Source: Trichoplax sp. H2 (Eukaryota). From it: DNA of 64,000 bases. A program made the translations under genes and the position numbers. Position 1 is the stretch's first letter; each line of letters starts with the position of its first letter. Below, one piece after another: positions 57,972 to 64,000 of this stretch. The DNA lies in the NCBI GenBank assembly GCA_003344405.1, contig NOWV01000083.1, forward strand, positions 170,119 to 234,118, written 5' to 3'. Under the pieces are notes generated by a model. That model was not told the origin of the DNA. It ran no database searches and worked only from the letters and a program-made list of their open reading frames with translations.

Positions 57972-58088
57972 GGGATACGCCGACGAACAAGAACAGTATA
58001 ACTTTCACATTACAAATTAAGTGTATCAGAAATCGCTCGGCACATTCAGATGCAACTGATCCAGAAGAATTATATATTAATTCTAAAG
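57972..58088 (+). CDS. POLR1C: POLR1C exon 6.
   Basis: GDTPTNKNSITFTLQIKCIRNRSAHSDATDPEELYINSK matches human [40 protein letters not shown]. Confidence 0.9.
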
Positions 58089-58260
58089 GTATACTAGTAT
58101 TAGCAATCACGTAGTCTATATCCTATGATGAATAAGTCTACATCGTTTTCGGTTGACCTTACTATACAGAATATGTTCTTATAGCACACAGTTAAAATGT
58201 GCATACTAGCTACTTTAAATTTCTATTACTTTACTTAACTGCTATTCTTACTACAATAAG

Positions 58261-58310
58261 TAACCACCAAGGATTTAAAATTGAAATACAATGAAGATCA
58301 AGACAATGCG
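58261..58310 (+). CDS. POLR1C: POLR1C exon 7.
   Basis: (V)TTKDLKLKYNEDQDNA resembles yeast AC40 VYARDLKFEPQGRQ. The acceptor is caataag| and the donor is GCG|GTAAGT. Confidence 0.8.
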
Positions 58311-58405
58311 GTAAGTCAAAATATTGAGGACGTTATTATATTACTAGCTACGTTACAGATAGATGTTACATCTATTCACACAAATTTTGTTTTTTTGTAT
58401 GACAG

Positions 58406-58471
58406 ATTCCTAACAAGGACATACGTCCCGTCCATGAGGATATCCTCATAGCAAAATTACGACCTGGTCAG
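58406..58471 (+). CDS. POLR1C: POLR1C exon 8.
   Basis: IPNKDIRPVHEDILIAKLRPGQ matches human [22 protein letters not shown]. The donor is CAG|GTAATA. Confidence 0.9.
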
Positions 58472-58546
58472 GTAATAGAAATTGGTTGTGCCTAGATCAT
58501 ATGCTGCATTTCATCAGTAATTTTAATGACTCGTGATTCAATGTAG

Positions 58547-58613
58547 GAAATTGACTTGGAGATGATATGTGTTAAAGGAACTGGTGCCGATCATGCTAAA
58601 TTTTCTCCAGTTG
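58547..58613 (+). CDS. POLR1C: POLR1C exon 9.
   Basis: [22 protein letters not shown] matches human [22 protein letters not shown]. Confidence 0.9.
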
Positions 58614-58728
58614 GTAATAATTTATATCTATTAGTATGGTGATCAAGTTATTCACTTTTATCGTATGCAATGCATGTATAATAGTATCCAAGCACTGCAG
58701 GACCTCATCTAGAATTATCTCTTTTCAG

Positions 58729-58848
58729 CTACGGCCTCATATAGGTTAATGCCAGAGATTATCCTAAAACAAGCAGTTACTGGTAAGCGAGCTAAAAGAC
58801 TAGCAAAATGTTTTCCTGAAGGTGTTATTGGAATTAAAGAAATCAAAG
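58729..58848 (+). CDS. POLR1C: POLR1C exon 10.
   Basis: (A)TASYRLMPEIILKQAVTGKRAKRLAKCFPEGVIGIKEIK matches human [40 protein letters not shown]. Confidence 0.9.
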
Positions 58849-58948
58849 GTAACATATGTATTTACAGTTATCGTATTTTAAATCCATATAAGTATTTTGG
58901 ATTGTCTGCATCGTAACAGCCATTATTTCTTCTCTACTTCAAACAAAA

Positions 58949-59065
58949 GGTATAAAGACTGCCTACATAGATAAACCTCGTCTCGATACTTGCAGTAGGC
59001 AGGTATTACGTGATCCGGAATTAAAAGAACATGTAATATTGAATAAAATTCGTGATCATTTCATA
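58949..59065 (+). CDS. POLR1C: POLR1C exon 11.
   Basis: (G)IKTAYIDKPRLDTCSRQVLRDPELKEHVILNKIRDHFI matches human [39 protein letters not shown]. The donor is T|GTAAGC. Confidence 0.9.
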
Positions 59066-59151
59066 TGTAAGCTACAATGACATTCGAATTGATAAATTGA
59101 ACGATGTTAAATTGCGCGCTTTGCTAATTTTCATGATTTATTATTTCTTAG

Positions 59152-59279
59152 TTTGTATTGAATCTACGGGCTCCATCCCTCCTGCTGATATCTTTCGTGA
59201 ATCTGTGAAAATCTTAAGGCAAAAATGCCATAAATTTTTAGAAGAAGTAAACCGTAATGCTATCTCGGATGACACCTAA
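59152..59279 (+). CDS. POLR1C: POLR1C terminal exon with stop.
   Basis: (F)CIESTGSIPPADIFRESVKILRQKCHKFLEEVNRNAISDDT* matches human [39 protein letters not shown]. Confidence 0.9.
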
Positions 59280-59852
59280 ACTGAACGGTATTTGATGGCG
59301 GTATTTGTAATGTATTGTTCTAAATACATACTAACTGTATACACTGCTTTCTGTTAACTCATTCATTTGACAAGACACCCTTCGGACATGCACTGCAAAG
59401 AGTTTCATAATTATTAGATATTTCTATGTTACATCCTTCAGATATAGTGTACATTGTATACAAATAGCTATCACTATGTGTATACATATGCCGGTATACT
59501 GTATAAATCGCTTTACAAGAATACTCGGTAGGGTGTGATATACCGGTTTTACCTGATATTAAATATTTGATTGCAATGATCGCTTATATGACACCATCCG
59601 CCGTGCCAACAAAGGTTTATTACTGTACTTTATATGGCTAGTTTTTTGTATGAACTTATAACATATTTCTTGATTGCGTTATGTTTATGAGCGAAAATAA
59701 ATGAAGTAAATGTATAAACACCGCACGATGTACGGTATTAAATTGACAACGTCTCTGATTCAAGGAGTCAAATGATAGAACGCCTGACCATATCGAAGTA
59801 GAGAATACTCGTCTACGTACAGTACATAGTATCACCTTTAAGTTAGCCTATT

Positions 59853-59938
59853 CTACTGTACTGTAGAATAGGCTGTACTGTACTGTACTGTACATCAAAT
59901 GTACAGAATGTACAGTACACATTGTACGGTACAGTAGG
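59853..59938. repeat. (TACTG)n/(CAGTA)n palindromic microsatellite downstream of POLR1C.
   Basis: attctactgtactgtagaataggctgtactgtactgtactgtacatcaaatgtacagaatgtacagtacacattgtacggtacagtag. Confidence 0.85.
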
Positions 59939-60479
59939 GATAGTATGGACTGTCATTGCTGTCATGGCTTACCAGAAAATGATTTTTGAAGTTTTTAATA
60001 GTCCGTGATACTATCTACTTTACGTACAGTAGACCAGTGAAACTTAACTGGTCTATTGCACAGTATTTGTACTATATAGCCAGCAGAGTATGACATCAAA
60101 GATGAAGATACAGTACAGTATGTGTAAACTTGATATTAATGATATGAAAACTAGTACTGTAGCATTTATTTTCGAGAAGATATCCTCATTTACTTTGTAG
60201 CGATCAAAATGATTGCTAAATAGTCAGATATCCGTATTAAGTTAAGATAATATAGTATTCATTTATCATTAGTGATTGATATTGCATGGACTTTGCAAGT
60301 TGATCAATTAAAACAAGCCAGGGACCTCTAGCCATTTACGCATACTGATAATTTAAAATTTTTTTACTTGAGAGGTCACTGTACTGTACACATAGTGACA
60401 GCGCTGTACAGTACTGTATGAAGCCTGGCCTGGAGTACCGTACTATCAGTAGAACACTAACTAGTTTTAAGTTTTACTA

Positions 60480-61020
60480 GTACAGTACAAACTCCCGTCG
60501 CTATGCTGACGGATTACTTTGTTATAATATTACAAACTCCCGTCGCTTTGCTGACGGATTATGTTCTTATAATATTATACTTCTAGAATATTATTTTACA
60601 ATAATACTTCAAAAGTGACTCGGCCTTGCATCGCTATGCTGGCGGATTACGTTGTTATAATATTACAAACTCCCGTCGCTTTGCTGACGGATTATGTTCT
60701 TATAATATTATACTTCTAGAATATTATTTTACAATAATACTTCAAAAGTGACTCGGCCTTGCATCGCTATGCTGGCGGATTACGTTGTTATAATATTACA
60801 AACTCCCGTCGCTTTGCTGACGGATTATGTTCTTATAATATTATACTTCTAGAATATTATTTTACAATAATACTTCAAAAGTGACTCGGCCTTGCATCGC
60901 TATGCTGGCGGATTACGTTGTTATAATATTACAAACTCCCGTCGCTTTGCTGACGGATTATGTTCTTATAATATTATACTTCTAGAATATTATTTTAAAA
61001 TAATACTTCAGACGTGACTC
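60480..61020. repeat. Tandem minisatellite of about four copies of a ~133-bp unit. Each unit contains two ~45-bp subrepeats, and each subrepeat holds an imperfect inverted repeat (CCGTCGCTTTGCTGACGG).
   Basis: caaactcccgtcgc recurs at about 60488, 60533, 60666, 60800 and 60932. The unit is ...tcgctttgctgacggattatgttcttataatattatacttctagaatattattttacaataatacttcaaaagtgactcggccttgcatcgctatgctggcggattacgttgttataatattacaaactcccg..., with less than 3% divergence between copies. Confidence 0.9.
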
Positions 61021-61037
61021 GGTCTTGTCCTCATTTA

Positions 61038-61310
61038 CTATACTGTACTGTACAGTATAGTACAGTACGTAGCTAACATGTGATACAGTATCACTTACCG
61101 GCGTTTTTTTATCATTTGTACAGTACAGTACTGTACTGTAGATACTGTAGATAAAAAAAAATGTTATGCTCTTGATTTTTAATAAAGTGGCAGTTAGCGC
61201 GCACGCGTAGGGCGGAAAATTTAAAAATATGCTGTGGTCACTCAACATGCACAGTACAGTAATTTCAATTTGAAATTTAATTTCTGTTACAGTGTACAGT
61301 ACAGTACAGC
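61038..61310. repeat. (TACTG)n/(CAGTA)n microsatellite tracts upstream of BUB1B.
   Basis: Tracts lie at about 61038-61072, 61108-61150 and 61245-61310 (for example gtacagtacagtactgtactgtagatactgtag). Confidence 0.8.
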
Positions 61311-62247
61311 ATGTTACATTTGTGATGACAGACTAGTCTCTGTCGTTAAGTAGCTGGTGACGACTGTCGAAGCCATAGCGAATCTGGAATCGTGAAGAAC
61401 GACCGTTAATAGTTTACGCTACATTTTCTATCATTCACAGTAAAATTGACGGTCTGAAAAGCGATCTAAAAGGTAAGTTAAATGTCAAACTCTATCATGT
61501 ATGATCCTCCAACCTATAAACATGAGTAATAGCTGATTTTTAAGCTTAATCCTTAAATTTAAAAAATTTTGAATGCAATACATACAGTATAGTAGACAGT
61601 AATATGGATTTACAGTAAATATCAGTCGTCAGTTGAAAACAGCAACCTACGCAAGCAAGCAAAATAGGCTGTAATTAGGCTAGCTTTCTCGTCTACATTA
61701 CTGACAACATTAGAACTGGACAAACTAAATAATTTACTTATTGCTCTATCGTATCCTCTCCCACTATACATACACTACATTAGACGTATACAGTACTGTA
61801 CAGTATATCTATCCTCTTCTGTGTAACGTTATTTAGATGCATATACTGTACGTATATGGTGTTGAAAATTAATAATTCTCGAATTAATTCCTAACACTCA
61901 TATACTCAAATACGGTACAGTACTTTTAGTAAAACTGCACAAAGAATATAAGTGAATGTACTTATTAGGTCTCAGCGCACCGATATCTTAATCATTAACA
62001 ACATGGTGTTTAGTTTAGTGTTAGTGAAACTTCTGTCTAGAGTTTTCCAGGGGTAGCATGCATGTTAAAAAAATTTGAATCGTAACCTTAGGATTCATTT
62101 AATAATTTTTTAAAAGGGAACTTTGCAATCGTCTATTATAGGTATAATTCATCGTACGAATTTTAGCTGGAGGTGACAGACCAAACTAAAAAATCAATCC
62201 TTATTGATTGTTGATATTATAGCCGAGGGATAAAAAGCTGTCTAGAG

Positions 62248-62411
62248 ATGAGTTCAAGTGCTTCGCCGAAGGGAAATAGTGAAAATAACGAGTGGGAGGT
62301 TTGTAAGGAGAACATTCAGCCCTTAAAGCAAGGGAGAATCATGTCCAATCTCCAAGCTGCCTTATCAACGGAATCATCTACAGAACGAAAGAAGTTGCTT
62401 GATGAAAAAGA
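62248..62411 (+). CDS. BUB1B: BUB1B/MAD3 (BubR1-like mitotic checkpoint) exon 1 (ATG and KEN-box region).
   Basis: [54 protein letters not shown] matches human BUBR1 [31 protein letters not shown] (KEN box). The donor is GA|GTGAGT. Confidence 0.85.
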
Positions 62412-62546
62412 GTGAGTCTTTTCTTACATAAGCTTCATAAAAATCTTCTAATCTTTAAAATGATCTAGTAAGGTTTTCGCTCATTATTAAGTTAGACAGG
62501 GTAATTGGCCTAATCATGGTATTATTAATATTCAAACAAAATATAG

Positions 62547-62615
62547 ATTATTCGAAAAAAGGATCATTGCCATCGATTATGACAACGATGATGATCCTTT
62601 TGATATATGGTTCCG
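62547..62615 (+). CDS. BUB1B: BUB1B/MAD3 exon 2.
   Basis: (E)LFEKRIIAIDYDNDDDPFDIWF matches human [23 protein letters not shown]. The acceptor is aaatatag| and the donor is CG|GTATGT. Confidence 0.85.
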
Positions 62616-63126
62616 GTATGTAAGGAGTATCTTTAGATCCATATACATACACTCTGCTAAAGAATTATATTTCCGTAAACTCTAGTATATTTATGCAACT
62701 TACTTACACTGTATCACTCTTGTCGCTATACCGTGGTACAACTACAGTGTACGATGTAATCGTATTTGTAAGAGATCAAGCATTAACGCACTGTTTAATT
62801 AGGCTAATCAATACAGTATACTGTATTCCCGGTAACAGAGCAATATGGCTAATACATATTTATGTAGATCTGCTGATATTTTACAATTTTCTATTCTCCT
62901 GTTTAAAATGATGATGAAATACGACAAGAGACAATCCTGCAACAACATTTTCACGAAAGTGTCTCAATTTAGAATTCACTTGCATTAATTCTATTAAACT
63001 AAAATTTACTTAGCTGATCTTAATATTAGCTAAATCGTTATCGTTATTTGTCTCACCCAATATAAGATTCACTTATTTTATTCGTCATAATATCAGTGCT
63101 CTAATCTGCAGTTGTTGTTATTGTAG

Positions 63127-63268
63127 GTATATTGTTTGGGCTGAACAAAGTTTCAGAAACGCTGGAGAAGCCGGATTTTCCACTTTACTCAAGCGATGTT
63201 TAAGAAAATTTAAAGATGAACCTCGATATTATAACGACATACGATTTCTGTCCATTTGGATTAAAGCT
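63127..63268 (+). CDS. BUB1B: BUB1B/MAD3 exon 3 (Mad3/BUB1 homology region 1, TPR-like).
   Basis: (R)YIVWAEQSFRNAGEAGFSTLLKRCLRKFKDEPRYYNDIRFLSIWIKA matches human [49 protein letters not shown]. The donor is GCT|GTATGT. Confidence 0.9.
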
Positions 63269-63558
63269 GTATGTTATCATTCTTAGTTGCACGAGAATAT
63301 AATTTCGCCTAAAGTATCAGTTCTCTAGTACATTATTCAGTAGCATAAAATTGCGTACTGCAGATAAATAAAAATACTGTATACAGATAAAATTATCAAT
63401 GTGGATAGATACAGCATAGTGATACTTTTTGTAACATCGGTTAGTTTTCAACATCAAATAATTTGTATGAACAATTCAGCTTCATTTAGTTAAGTTCTAA
63501 ATCGAAGTAGAAGTTAACTGTACCCATAAACCATTAACATGATACATTGTAATAATAG

Positions 63559-63755
63559 GCTAATGCCTGTAAAGATCCTCGAGATATTTACAATTTTCTC
63601 CATGATCGAGGAATTGGTAAATATGACGCATTGTTATACGAATGTTGGGCAAAGGTGCTCGATACGATGGGTTCATATAAAAAGGCTGACTGGGTCTATA
63701 GAATCGGTTTAGAGAATAAAGCCCAACCTTTGAAGAGATTGCAAAGACATTACCA
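63559..63755 (+). CDS. BUB1B: BUB1B/MAD3 exon 4. The gene continues beyond the window end.
   Basis: ANACKDPRDIYNFLHDRGIGKYDALLYECWAKVLDTMGSYKKADWVYRIGLENKAQPLKRLQRHYQ matches human [69 protein letters not shown]. The donor is CA|GTAAGT. Confidence 0.9.
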
Positions 63756-64000
63756 GTAAGTCAACATGATTTCTTGGTCAATAACTAAAATCTGAAGTGC
63801 TATAGATTGCTTTATATAAATGCAGTATTTTGTGACTGTGCTCGGTGCTTAGGTAAGCAGTTATTAGTATATTTAAAGTGGTTTAGGTAGTACTCCTATG
63901 CTACATATGTATATATTGATCATTGAAAGGGATTGTCGATTACTGTACTAATACATATTTAAACTATACAAAGAGAATTCTTAGCAAGATCAGCTAATCG

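Noticed and set aside
60480-61020. Considered whether the regularly spaced direct repeats could be a CRISPR array.
   Set aside because: This is a eukaryotic locus. The repeats are 133-bp tandem units with no unique spacers and nested subrepeats, so it is a minisatellite.

Overview
This is AT-rich eukaryotic (metazoan) nuclear DNA (roughly 65-70% AT by eye), not a prokaryotic locus. It is compact and gene-dense, with introns of about 60-530 nt and GT..AG boundaries. Spliced gene models can be read directly from the six-frame track and flanking splice signals. In order along the window:
- A very large minus-strand neurofibromin (NF1) ortholog runs from about 590 to at least 20882, with many exons colinear with human NF1 from the N-terminus to the C-terminal region.
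- A KMT5A/SET8 (PR-Set7) SET-domain gene lies on the plus strand (3' exons at 28857-29692).
- A nuclear tRNA-Ile gene with an unusual GAT anticodon lies on the minus strand (30634-30706), with internal A/B boxes and a T7 Pol III terminator.
- A SQSTM1/p62-like autophagy receptor lies on the plus strand (31344-32999). It has PB1 and UBA domains but no ZZ finger.
- A neuferricin/CYB5D2 (MAPR-family cytochrome b5-like) gene lies on the minus strand (40211-41853).
- An HNF1 homeobox gene lies on the plus strand (42428-47922), transcribed divergently from neuferricin; it has the dimerization domain and the POU-specific/homeodomain.
- An ANKRD13-family gene (ankyrin repeats plus UIMs) lies on the minus strand (50524-55161).
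- A fully resolved 12-exon POLR1C/RPAC1 gene lies on the plus strand (56549-59279).
- The 5' part of a BUB1B/MAD3 (BubR1) gene lies on the plus strand (62248 to beyond 63755).
Non-coding space is dominated by a distinctive palindromic pentanucleotide microsatellite, (TACTG)n/(CAGTA)n, which often alternates to form GTACTGTACAGTAC palindromes. It is concentrated in intergenic and promoter-proximal regions and a few large introns, and it generates many spurious low-complexity ORFs. There is also a 133-bp tandem minisatellite with hairpin-forming subrepeats at 60480-61020. No prokaryotic-style operons, CRISPR arrays or obvious transposon ORFs were seen. All exon coordinates were derived by hand and may be off by a few nt.
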